Shown here: in pieces, positions 26,127 through 36,914 of the stretch
How positions within the stretch are numbered: the stretch's first letter is position 1
Layout of the letters: each line of letters opens with the position of its first letter
Assembly (NCBI GenBank): GCA_043228905.1
Contig: JBHGNT010000005.1
Coordinates: 15,066,001-15,130,000, forward strand
Reading direction: 5' to 3'
Length of the DNA stretch: 64,000 nt
DNA from: Azolla caroliniana
Taxonomy: Eukaryota; Plantae; Polypodiophyta
The notes under the pieces: generated by a model
Database searches by the model: none
What the model was told of the DNA's origin: nothing
The model's input: only the letters and a program-made list of their open reading frames with translations
Translations under genes and position numbers: made by a program

Positions 26127-26559
26127 TATCAAGGATAATACTAGAGGCAAGGAGAATTAGTACTAAAGATAGAGAAGAAGAATGAGGATTAGTACTAAGA
26201 AGGGAAAGAGTGTGAGAATCACGAGAGGGGAGAGAGAGAGAGAGAGAACGGTGACAAAAAGAAGTATATTATATTATATGAAGAAAGATACAATAACAAC
26301 TAGGAGGATTACGACTGGTGTTGAACTGAATTGGTTCTAAATAATGTCATGTGCCTCTACTTATAGTATTGTTAGGAATACTCCTGAAGTTTCTAGAATG
26401 TTCCAGAGTAATCTGGAATATACATGAATTTCCTATAGTGAAATAATAAATGAAAATAATATATTTCGTATTATAATGCATAGTTTAATGGTATGGCTTC
26501 AACTCGTGTGATACAAGGTCATGGGTTCGAATAAATGATTTTGGAGCCATATCATGACA
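26127..26559 (-). repeat. 5' LTR of the chromovirus
   Basis: Aligns end to end with 13770-13890 plus 14405-14754. Confidence 0.9.
26481..26549 (+). promoter_or_regulatory. tRNA-like Pol III A/B-box motif in chromovirus 5' LTR U3 (antisense)
   Basis: TAGTTTAATGGTA (26481) is followed by AGGTCATGGGTTCGAAT. The B box starts at 26524, 43 nt from the A box. Confidence 0.65.
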
Positions 26560-27116
26560 TTGTCGAGCTTCTCCCTCGAAAGCGAGCTTCCTATACCTCT
26601 GTCCATTTCTCTTCTTGTTTGTTCTTACCGGGTGTTAGGTCTTTGTTTGTGTTGAAGGCTCTTGTCGGCTGCAGAGGATGTTCTAACCCTCGCGCTCTGT
26701 TACCATGTAGAAGTAGCGTGCGAAAGCTAAAAACACACATCACAACCGGCTCGGCCGGATAGCCACAAAAAACACAGAGAATGGAATACAAAGAGTAGGT
26801 GAGAGAGAGAGAGACAGAGAGAGCAAGACAATAATCTCTATTTCAAAAACTTTGTAAAACTCTGTGCATACAATGTGCTCTGTGAGCACTTTTATAAAAG
26901 TCCTTAAAAGGACTGACAAGTACTTCAATGCTCATACCGAGAGACTGGCACTCACTCCTAAAAATATGCCTACATACTAGGCTAGGATCGTAGGCCTCTA
27001 ATGGCCTACCGATTGCACTCAGAGTCAGACACTGATCCGGTTCTTCATTCTGAACATTGATCCGGCTCTTGGCTTGTTCAGCCAATCCAGATCATGTTGA
27101 CCTTGCTCGCTCGACA
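26560..27116 (-). mobile_element. Copia 5' end: LTR 26706-27116, Met PBS, gag start
   Basis: TGTCG...CTACA LTR related to 39582-39972, 42346-42813 and 48815-49275. PBS TGGTAACAGAGC at 26705-26694. Confidence 0.85.
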
Positions 27117-27119
27117 GGG

Positions 27120-27658
27120 GGGTTGGCTGACTGTGGCAATTATGACAAGTGCAAGGCACAATCAAGTGGGGAAATGTATGTTGGTTATCGTGACAGGTCC
27201 CAATTGACAGATACGAACATTAGGATTAGGGGATGACATTGGTGATAAAGGCACAAGAAATCTCATTTTCCACCATTGACAATATTCACTCAACTCCCAT
27301 CAATGCCAAAGCACAAGTCGTGTTGGAATTGGTCACCCCAATAACACTATGGACTCTTTGGAAACAATAGGTCTTCGTCAATCAAACTGTGCACTTGGTG
27401 GGCGACGTTATTACAAGAGATATGGACTGAACTTGTAGCCACGCTAAAGAGCCTATACGATGGCATCATGGGCGGATCTGATGGAGCCGAATTACAATGA
27501 TTAGCCTTTATCCAACAATGGTCGTCCTCTTCCTTTTTAAGTCAAGGGGCCTCCACATAAGATGGAACTATCGAATCCCTTTTGAGATTTGTATATAACA
27601 TTCTCAGCTGTAAAGTTTAATAACTAATGGAAGGAGTTTTGTTTTTTGAAAAAAAAAA
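27120..27658 (+). mobile_element. Degenerate L1-like LINE 3' end
   Basis: A manual translation with stops and frameshifts gives ITLWTLWKQ...LLQEIWTELVATLKSLYDG...QQW...RWNYRIP, resembling plant L1 ORF2 C-termini. An A-run follows at ~27649-27658. Confidence 0.55.
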
Positions 27659-29269
27659 CCCACTGTTATGTAATATGCATCATTCCACCTTATCTCTCTT
27701 TCATTAATCATATATGAGTTTAGGGTTTAGTGCAAAAGATAGACAAACAAACATTAAAAGAGATTCAACCTCAAGTTCTTGTGTGAGAGAGGAGTACTTG
27801 CCACGAGAGAATAGCAAAGGAAGGGTGAAGGATGTAGGAGAAACATGATTACATAGAATAACCAAGAAGCAAAAGGTTTTCTCATTCCATCTTTAATATG
27901 AGTTTTATTTAGCACCATTTTTATATCTTTGGTATTTTGTCGTTGGTTAAAATAGTTTGATTGAAACACAAGAACCACCTAGATTTTGATTTTTTGAAAA
28001 TTCTAATTTGAATCAGTCCTTGACATTACCCAAACAAAGTACCTTCCAAGAGGGTAACTTACATTGTGCCTTGGACTTTGTCCAACATTGATCTACATCC
28101 GATACCTCTAAAATTCTAAAAGATTGGTTTCCCCACTTATATTTCAATGTTCCTTATACCATCAACAACTAATTACCCACCATAATTAAACTTAAATATG
28201 TTTACTTATTGAATTTCTAAGGCTAAAATATTTGTGGCTTTTGAGGTTGTTGTTGTGTTGTATGCATCATTCATAGGAAACTCTCGATAATTTAGATCAT
28301 TCATGTGAATTAATTATTTGCTAGCTTTTATGTCACATATTTCACAATTCAAAGTGCAGAAATGGTAGGTTTACCCTTCACCTCTAAAAGAATGGATCTA
28401 CAATATTGATGTTGACACATCCTCTTGGACATAAATATTGAGAAGAGATAGGATTGCCTTTTAAGAATACTTTAAGAGCTGAGTACTAACAACTTTGTAT
28501 GAATACTTGAACCTTCTCATTGCAAAACATCAGAATTTGTGTACTTATAATTTTGAACATTAAAGCTACTTTGCAGCATTGCAATTAGAACCACTAAACC
28601 TCACACTTTCTTAATATTGACTTTTAAATACTAATGCCATAAATTTCATTCCTTTTATTCGAAAAAGAGAATGTAGAAATTGTCGAGCTATTTGTGTGGT
28701 GGTAAAATTTTGGTGTGGATGATCTCAAACTAACATTAACTTTAAAGCCCAAGCCAACATCGAATAGAGTACCCACGAGTGATGACCTTGGATTGGAATT
28801 CTGATCTCTCGTGGAGTTTCACTATTTTTGTAAGGTGTGAGAGTTCCCTAATTTCATAAACATTAATGTAGTGGGGCATGTCAAACTCTTTTGACACGGT
28901 GTGGGGTGTATAAAGGAAATTCGTCGGGGTGGTAGTGGCGAGTCGTGACACATGGACGTCCCCATGGTAGGTGAAAGAAAGGATGGAAGGCGATGAATGG
29001 ATGCCATGCGGCCATGCCTCACTCACTCACTCACTCCCGAGTCCCCCGCAACCCTCCGCGGGTGTGTGCCCCCCCTCCCCCCTCCTGTCCCTGTCCCGGT
29101 GCGTGTGTGGGGTTGGACAGGTTCTTTCATCATCCGTACCTATCTATAGTTACCTACTTAATTTACATAGTACATACATACATATAAATAATAACAATAA
29201 CACAAACAACAACAATAATGCACACGTTCGTTCATTAACGCCTTTTAAATTTGAGTCATGCGAATAATT

Positions 29270-29599
29270 ACATACATATATATATATATATATATACGAA
29301 TATATATATCTATGTATATACATATACATATACATATATCATATATGTATGTCGTGCGATGATATATGTATATCGTGCGCGCGCGCGGGTGCTTCCTCAC
29401 CGACACACTCACCGTCGACCGAGTCACCACCCTCTCCTCTATTCGTCTGTTCTTGCTCAGCTCTCTCTCACTTGATATGTGTTTTGTTATGTATGTGTGT
29501 GTGTTGTACATATGTAAGAGGAGAGGGACGACGACAAAGAAGAAGCACACACGGTCTGTCTCACTCACTCAACTAACTTTCATAAGTAATCCTATTAGG

Positions 29600-29648
<49 letters not shown>

Positions 29649-29700
29649 CAGAATCTTTCATATACATACATACACATATATAATATATATATATATATAA
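29270..29700. repeat. Microsatellite cluster, (TA)n and (GA)n, in the RLK promoter/5' UTR region
   Basis: (TA)n at ~29276-29295, (GA)n at ~29604-29647 and (TA)n at ~29683-29699, directly upstream of the ATG. Confidence 0.9.
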
Positions 29701-29774
29701 AAGACACATACACAAACCATCAGTCTTCTTATTCATCTAGTCAATCATCCTCATCCTCATCATCCAAGCTGCAA

Positions 29775-31458
29775 ATGACGGTCGATAGATCCTTCTACCA
29801 CTACAGCTACATCATCCTCTTCTTCATCTCCTCCACTTACTGGTGCTACTGCTCATATCATCTCATATGTTTGTGCGATGCCTTTGTCAATCTCAACGAC
29901 ATTAACCCCGGCCTTCCTCCTCCTCCTTCATTATCCTTGACATTTTGGAATGACACGGACACCCTCTTACGATTTAAGGCCACAGCTGTTGTAGCTGCAG
30001 GTAGTGCCGGCCATGGCGCTCTGAGTAGCTGGAATACGTCGGATTGCTGCGCAGAAAACCCGTCGACGTGGGTTGGAGTGAGGTGCGGCGGGGCAGCAGG
30101 CAACAGCAGCAGCAGCAGCAGCAGCAGGAGGAGGAGGAGGAGGGTATGGAAGCTGTCTCTGAAGGGCATGCAGCTGCGTGGCAGTATCCAGGCCCTGACA
30201 TCCCTCACGGAGCTGAGGGTGCTGAGCCTCCCCGAGAACCAATTGGATGTGGAGGTGGAGGTGGAGGTGGGACAGTGGAGCCGCCTGGGGCTTTTGAACC
30301 TCTCCTCCAACCACTTGTGGGGCCCAATCCCGGATGCCATCTCCTCTCTCACTCGCCTCCGGAGGCTGGACCTCTCCCGGAATGCGTTAAACGGACCCAT
30401 TCCACCTCACATCAACTCCTTGACTCGCCTCTTGACGCTGGACCTCCACCACAACGCTCTCACTGGTCCCCTTCCCATGCTCTCTTTGCCCCTCCTCAAA
30501 GACCTCCGCCTTCAGTACAATAATCTCAGCGGTCAACTCCCTCCTCAACTCTTGCGACGCTTCCCGCTCTCCTCCTTCATTGGGAACCCTAATCTATGCC
30601 TCCCCTCTTCCTCTTCCTCTTCCTCCTCCTGCAACTCCAATGCCAATGCCAGTGTAAGCAGCAGCCGCAGTGGAGGCGTCGTTAGTAGCAACCCATCTAC
30701 ACCAATGTATAGCAGTTACTACCACATTCCTCCATCATCCACCACCCCTACATACAGTGGGCGTGGAGGGGACGGGTCTCCCAAACATAACCCCAGCAAA
30801 CTGAGCTTTGGTGTCATTATTGCTATTGTTACCGTGGATATGATTGTTATCCTTTTCTTAGCTCTCACTTTCTTGCTGTATTACTGGAAGAAAGTCAAGA
30901 TCCTTTGTGATTTTTGTGGTGGTGGTGGTGGTGGTGAGGAAGATGGAAGCCGCCAATCATCACCAACTCTTAAGCCTGGATCCCATCACCTGCCTAGTAC
31001 CTTCCAATCGGGCCACCAAGAAGACGGTGAGAAGAGCAGCACGCTCGTGTTCTTGGATGCCATGAGCGCATTTCCTTGCAGGAGGTTTGAATTAGAGGAT
31101 TTGTTGAGATCGTCGGCAGAGATGCTGGGGAAGGGGAGCTTTGGGACGACCTACAAGGCAGTGTTGGGAGATGGCTACGCAGTGGCTGTCAAGCGCTTGA
31201 AGGATGTTGTGCTCATAGATGATGATCATCATCAACAATGCAGGTATAGCACTACTACTACTACTACTACTGATGATGATGATGATGCTGATGGGTCAAG
31301 GACAGTACTAGAGTTGTTCGAGCAATGCATAGAGACAATCGGTAGGCTCAATGATCACCCCAATATTGTGCCCTTGCGAGCCTACTACTGCGCCACAGAT
31401 GAGAAGCTCCTCATCTATGATTTCATGCCCAATGGCAATCTTTTCAGCCTTCTCCATG
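29775..31458 (+). CDS. LRR receptor-like kinase (LRR-III, At1g68400/RLK902-like), exon 1
   Basis: Hydrophobic N-terminus, LRRNT (W..SDCC...WVGVRC), ~5 LRRs, transmembrane segment [24 protein letters not shown], and [27 protein letters not shown]...[10 protein letters not shown] donor at 31459 after LLHG, the conserved LRR-III intron position. Confidence 0.93.
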
Positions 31459-32511
31459 GTATTCTCCTCTCCTTCCTCTCTTTTTCTTATTGGAGCTTTC
31501 TAGCGTTCACTACACAAGGGAGGTTATTCATTGCAGTGAACTTGAACTTGAACACATTGTTTTGGTGTTAGTTTTATCTTCTTAGTGAATTAAACCAACA
31601 TTTTTGTCGCAGCTCTTTGCCATTTACGTTTCATCATCAATTTTTTTAGTAATTAATCAACTCCATCCCTTCCCTTCCTTGGCTTGAAGAAGAAGAAGAA
31701 GAAGAAGAAGTAGGAGTAAGAGTAGGAGTAGTGGAGTCAAGAGTTTGCACTGTCCCACCGCCAGCGTGGAAATGGACATGATCAGACAGACATAGCATGG
31801 AATAGTTGAAGCGGATAAGAACATTAGAGCTTCCCAAAGACGTTTAGTGGCTGCCCATCCGTGCTGTAAAATGATGGCAATCTGTCCTTGGGCCCCATCC
31901 ATCAGATCGCAACTGATCTCTAGCGGACGTTTTAAGGATGTCTATCTATCTATCTATCTATCCACCTCGCCTGTAGGTAGAGACGTTAAAACGTTAAAGT
32001 CAGAATTAGATTGGCTCATCAATCAAGCCTATGCCAGAACTTTAGAGACTTCTCTTATTACAGCAAGTGCTTGCCATGAAAAAACAGGATGATTTCGAAA
32101 ATGCTGTAAAGACTACTTCTCTCACAAGAAGTGGTTGCAAAACCAAGGCCGGTGGTGGGATGTTGTGACTGAATTTCAAGGCTCGTATTGGTAGCTTCCA
32201 ACTATCTATTCAAGAAGAGAATAGTGGTTCTTGTTATTGTACACATTGGTTTTATATCCTATTAATTTTAGTTACAGAATGCATTGATTACCTATATTAC
32301 CAATGTGCTTAGGTGTAGGAAGTTCTACACAACAGACAAGGCAAAGAGGTCAAAACTAATGTGATTGGGATTGTGCTTCCCAGTCCATGTGTTCTGCACC
32401 ATCAACATTGTCAAGGGGTGGGTATTCTGCAAGATGTTTGAAAGGCTCTACTTTTATTTCCCACCCAGGGTGGTTGTACCGTGTTGGAATGATGTAGCTT
32501 TGACTATCTCG

Positions 32512-32560
<49 letters not shown>

Positions 32561-33829
32561 AATAGTTTTGACCTCATAGGTCACAAGTATGTCGGAACAG
32601 GTGTTCCTTCTATTGCGTTTGGAATCAATGCTCCTTACTCTCATCTATAATGTAGTAATAATATATTTGCTGAAGATTTCTATATACCAAATTCAAGATT
32701 GCTTCCAGTTCAATTTGTATATGTCAGCCTTTATGTTGAGGTGCTTAATAACCTGAAAATTAAGATAAAGAACATACTTAACACAACTCATAAGCCAGTC
32801 AGGTCACAATGTATATAATATATTCAGATAACATTCACTTACACACATCATACTAGCCAAATACCATTGTTGTTCAGCACAATATCTCATGCTATGCTGC
32901 TTATAACTTTTCTCTTAATTAATACTTGGAGTCAAAAACATGGTTTAGTATGATGCAAACAGAGAACATGGTCATTTCGATAAATATATAAAGATATATG
33001 TATAAAGATATATGTATGTATTATCTATGTATACATATATATATATATATTTGTATATATGTATGTAGATACGCATGGATAGGTAATGTTAAACTTAAAA
33101 GTAATATGGCGCACACGCATCTATACATAAAGCATATCATGCACAGATATATACAGCATATCCTTCTATGTATACACACTATGGAGGGATGTAATAATAT
33201 TGTTGGAGCTACATCGAGAATTGAGATCTGCAATAATCCACGCGCGTGCACGCATACGCACACACCAAATACGAAAAAGATGGTAAATTACATCTTTTAA
33301 AAATAGTCTCTTTCTTTCCTGAGTGTTAGTGAGTACTTTGCTTTTCCGTCTCATCAGACAGAGTCAGAGAGAGAGAGAGAGAGGTGGGGGTTTTAAAATG
33401 TTTGTTTATATAAAGAGGAAGAGTTTGTTGTGTGTGCGTAGCTGGGGCCTTCCTTCGTTGGATGGCCATGTCATGCCATGTTCTTGGGTTTGCTTTATGT
33501 GCCCGCGCGCTGTGTGTCCTTCCTCGGTCAGTCGTACGAGGCCTTGTACTTTTGGAAATGATATTCTTTTGAGCAGATAAATTTCTTTAATTGAATATGT
33601 TTTGACTCTCTTAGTTACGATTTCTTTTACATATGTACTTGTATTTGTGGTACATATAATGTGACAGCAGAACAGGAATGCATATGAATTTTCTATTCCA
33701 AATTCAAGTTCATCCAAACTTCTCACGAAGTAAGGAGGGAAGTTTGGCATAATGTAGATATGTATCATCATAGTATGCCTTTTCATCCAACTTGTAACTT
33801 AGCCTGCATAAGGATAACTATGTATGCAG

Positions 33830-34464
33830 GAAACCGAGGAATGGATGGAGCTGAAGTCAATTGGGTGAACCGTGTGAAGATAGCATTGGGGGTAGCAAGA
33901 GCATTGGCACACATACACGAAGTAGGCAAGGTACCCCATGGCAACTTAAGGTCCTCCAATGTCCTCCTAGATAAAGATGGTAATGCACGTGTTGGGGATT
34001 CCTTCCTGACAAGGCTAATAAATCCAAGTCTAGTATCGTCCAGGCTGGTGGGGTACCGGGCACCAGAGGCTAACAATAAGGACTCGTTAGGTTTTATCAC
34101 TCATCAGGCCGACATTTACAGCTTTGGTGTTCTTCTCCTTGAGATTCTCACCGGAAAGCCACCAACACAATCCCTACATGATGGTGTAGATCTCCCCAAG
34201 TGGGTGCAATCGGTGATAAAGGAGGGCTTGATCGACCAAGTCTTCGATGATGAACTCGTGCACTACAAAAACATCAAGGAGCAAATGGTCTCGTTGCTTC
34301 AGATTGCCATGGCTTGTGCATCTCTCTCCCCTTTTGAAAGACCAAAAATGAGTCAAGTCGTAAAAGTGATAGAGGATATGGTTAGGCCTGATCACCATAT
34401 GCCTTTGGTCTCTGATCCCTGTTCAGGTTTGGAGAGGGCTGGGAATTCTAGCCATGTAATGTAA
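33830..34464 (+). CDS. LRR receptor-like kinase, exon 2 (kinase C-lobe); spliced CDS 2319 nt / 772 aa
   Basis: The acceptor TGCAG| at 33829 restores LLHG|NRG in frame. Motifs HGNLRSSNVLL, GYRAPE, ADIYSFGVLLLEILTGK and ERPKMSQVV; stop at 34464. Confidence 0.93.
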
Positions 34465-35199
34465 TTTGACTGAAGAAAAAATCCAAATTTGAGCTGGCAA
34501 GACAGAAAACAAAGACAATGTAGCTTCAACAATGGACTGAATTTTAAGATTGTGCCAGAGTTTTATGCTATCGCAGCCTCTTTCTTCCATCAAGTTGCTA
34601 GCTCCAGCAATTGCAAGCCAACCACCTACTTTTTTCCAGGCTTGTTCCCATTTAATGTACTCTCGTTTTTGTTAACCAATGGATTGATTTCATATTTTAT
34701 TTCCAATGTGATTTCTATACTTGGCACGCTTCACGTTGAATGCATCATCTTTGGAACTTCCAAAGGGATAAGTTTACTTATGACACCACTTTGAATGAAT
34801 TGTTCCAGCTGATTGAACATACAGTGCTGCATTTTTGTTTAAAGCAAAATGGGAATGTGGCTTGTTTGTTAAGGAGAAAATAAGGAAGAGGTTTTGGAGA
34901 GGACTAGTCAATGCCACTTCTTTGAATTGTAATAATCCTCAAACAATTAAGACGTGAATCCTTATCATTTAATTACGTGGAACTTTTAATTTTAGGCAGG
35001 AACTCAATACTTCATTGAACGAATTGCTCTTGTGACGTTTGTTGAGGGATCTTTTTGGTCTCTTCATAAGGTTATATATGGGTCTGATTAACACAATATG
35101 GAACTATTGTCAGGCAACTATAGGACTCTTTATGGAATGACCATTTCCAAGATAACAATCCTACCATAATCAGTTAGCAGTTTTTAGTTTATTGTCATC

Positions 35200-35772
35200 T
35201 GTGGGCATATGTTCAACTATTTGGTAATTCCTCACATAACACGACCTATTTTGGTATCTCTTACCATACATGCATGCATAATGGTTAAGGAGGAATAGTT
35301 GCACTTTGAGGATACATCCAAATGCTAACTATGTGTTGTCTGAAGATAAAGATTATTATGTCAAAGCTCATTGAACATTAAAGTATTATCTTTTTATATA
35401 ATAGTAGCCACCTAGAAGATTGCCTCCATTTTGAATGTTCAAAACTAACCCTTAAGAATCATCTGTGACATTAGTAAAATAGTTAAATTTGAAGATATAT
35501 GCAAATGATGTAAACACGAAGGTTTTGCTATGATGGTAAATATAGCGTCAGGCCCTAAATGGAACTACCAAGCATCGAGATGGCTGTTTCTGCCATTGAC
35601 TTCCATGAATGGACAGGAGTTGTAAATATGTGGTCACCATGTACAAAGTGTTAGCGGGATACTTTTGTTGTAAATAGTAGGGTGGGGATTATGTTGTTTT
35701 GATTATGGCTGATCTTTGATGTACTTCTTTTGCTAACTAATGGGAAGTAGTGTTTTTTTTGGAAAAAAAAAA
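35200..35772 (+). mobile_element. Possible highly decayed L1-like LINE 3' end
   Basis: PKWNYQASRWLFLP at ~35554-35595 resembles the terminal motif at ~27560. An A-run follows at 35763-35772. The left boundary is uncertain. Confidence 0.4.
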
Positions 35773-36029
35773 CACGAATGTTTTGCTTTTGCCGTATTCA
35801 AGTTATGGATTGGGTTAACGCATTATTTTTGATATAATGAATAGATAACTTAAAGATTGATTACCTTGGGATCTCAATTGAGATCTTATAGACTTTGACA
35901 AGCATTGTCATGGAAGGGCAAACACAAAAGACATATGCATGATGCATTAATTGTTCATGTTTTCGTGAAGTTATGCGTGTGCGTGTGAAATTTGAGAGGA
36001 ACCATACAGACTTGAATTGGATAGGATGG

Positions 36030-36850
36030 GTAACTCGAAGGCTAGGCAGAGTCGAAAGCTCCTAGGAGTCGAAAGGTCACTAGACTCGAAGGCTCATTGG
36101 AGTCGAAGGCTCCTCAAAGTAGAGCCGATGAGAAGATAGTTTGAAGGTAAGGCTAAGTTGAAAAGAAGACAAAGTCGAAGGTAAGGCAGAGTTGAAAGTA
36201 AGACAGAGTTGAAGGTAAGATAGAGTCATAGGTAAGGTAGAGTCGAAGGGATTAGCCCAAAGAGCATGAGATTATGAATGAATTTCACAATATTGAGTCT
36301 AGGTTGGCCACTTTATAGGTTGAAAATGCAAGATTAAGAAAGAAATTCCTTTTATAAAATAAGGTTTGCTATATCTTAAGGTAAATGATTACAAAAGTGG
36401 TAATTTTTAAAAATAAAACAAAAACTAAGAACCCTAAAATTCATGAAAAAGAAGAAAATAAAACCTAAGATCTCAAGTGTGTTGAGGAGAAGAGAAAAGA
36501 TGGAGGAAAAAATATTAAATAGAGGAGATAAGTTCACGAGTAGAGTTTCCTTTAGTTTCAGTGCAACATCCCACCAAACGATGACCACGTCGCCCCTTGT
36601 AAATGCTGGTCTTCCACGCCCTCTTGATTCGTAACCCTAGCTCTCTAGCTTTTGAATTTGGTAGCATGTCCGTGTCTCTCCTTTTTCATCCCCCCAATAA
36701 TTTGGCTACTTCATCCTTTTATAGGATTCAAGAGGCTCTCTCACGAACAAAATTAGTGAATACTTTTTTATTTTAGCATGCACCATGCTTTTTTTTCACT
36801 TGCACACTCATAGAACAAGCTTTTAGCAATTGAGCTAAGACTTTTTTATT
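36030..36850 (-). repeat. Gypsy LTR remnant, an inverted homolog of 38171-39070, with a degenerate ~20-bp array
   Basis: 36565-36645 is the reverse complement of ~38487-38570. The GAGTCGAAGG array at 36030-36250 mirrors the CTTCGACTC array at 38910-39060. Confidence 0.7.
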
Positions 36851-36914
36851 ATTTTTAAATACAAATTGTTATTTGTCCCTCATACCACACCCTCAATCTA
36901 CAATTCATTTTTAT

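Larger units (their letters stand above)
13770..26559 (-). mobile_element. Near-complete chromovirus (Tcn1/Tf1-like Gypsy): 5' LTR, gag, PR, RT, RNase H, INT, chromodomain, PPT, 3' LTR; carries four nested insertions
   Basis: LTR pair 26127-26559 and 13770-14754. Protease [24 protein letters not shown], RNase H NYEIHDRELLAIV, integrase SDRGPQFVSKFW, chromodomain (YEVAAILDSKIVRNKLYYLVNWLGY...TWEP) at ~14800-14990, PPT at 14755-14770. Confidence 0.92.

Noticed and set aside
26474-26549. Functional tRNA gene(s) at the A/B-box motifs
   Set aside because: Acceptor and anticodon stems do not pair, and the motifs are part of LTRs. They are reported as tRNA-like promoters only.
31459-31571. C-terminal hydrophobic tail of the 598-aa ORF as a second transmembrane segment
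   Set aside because: It is read-through into the intron. Splicing at the conserved LLHG|NRG site completes the kinase.
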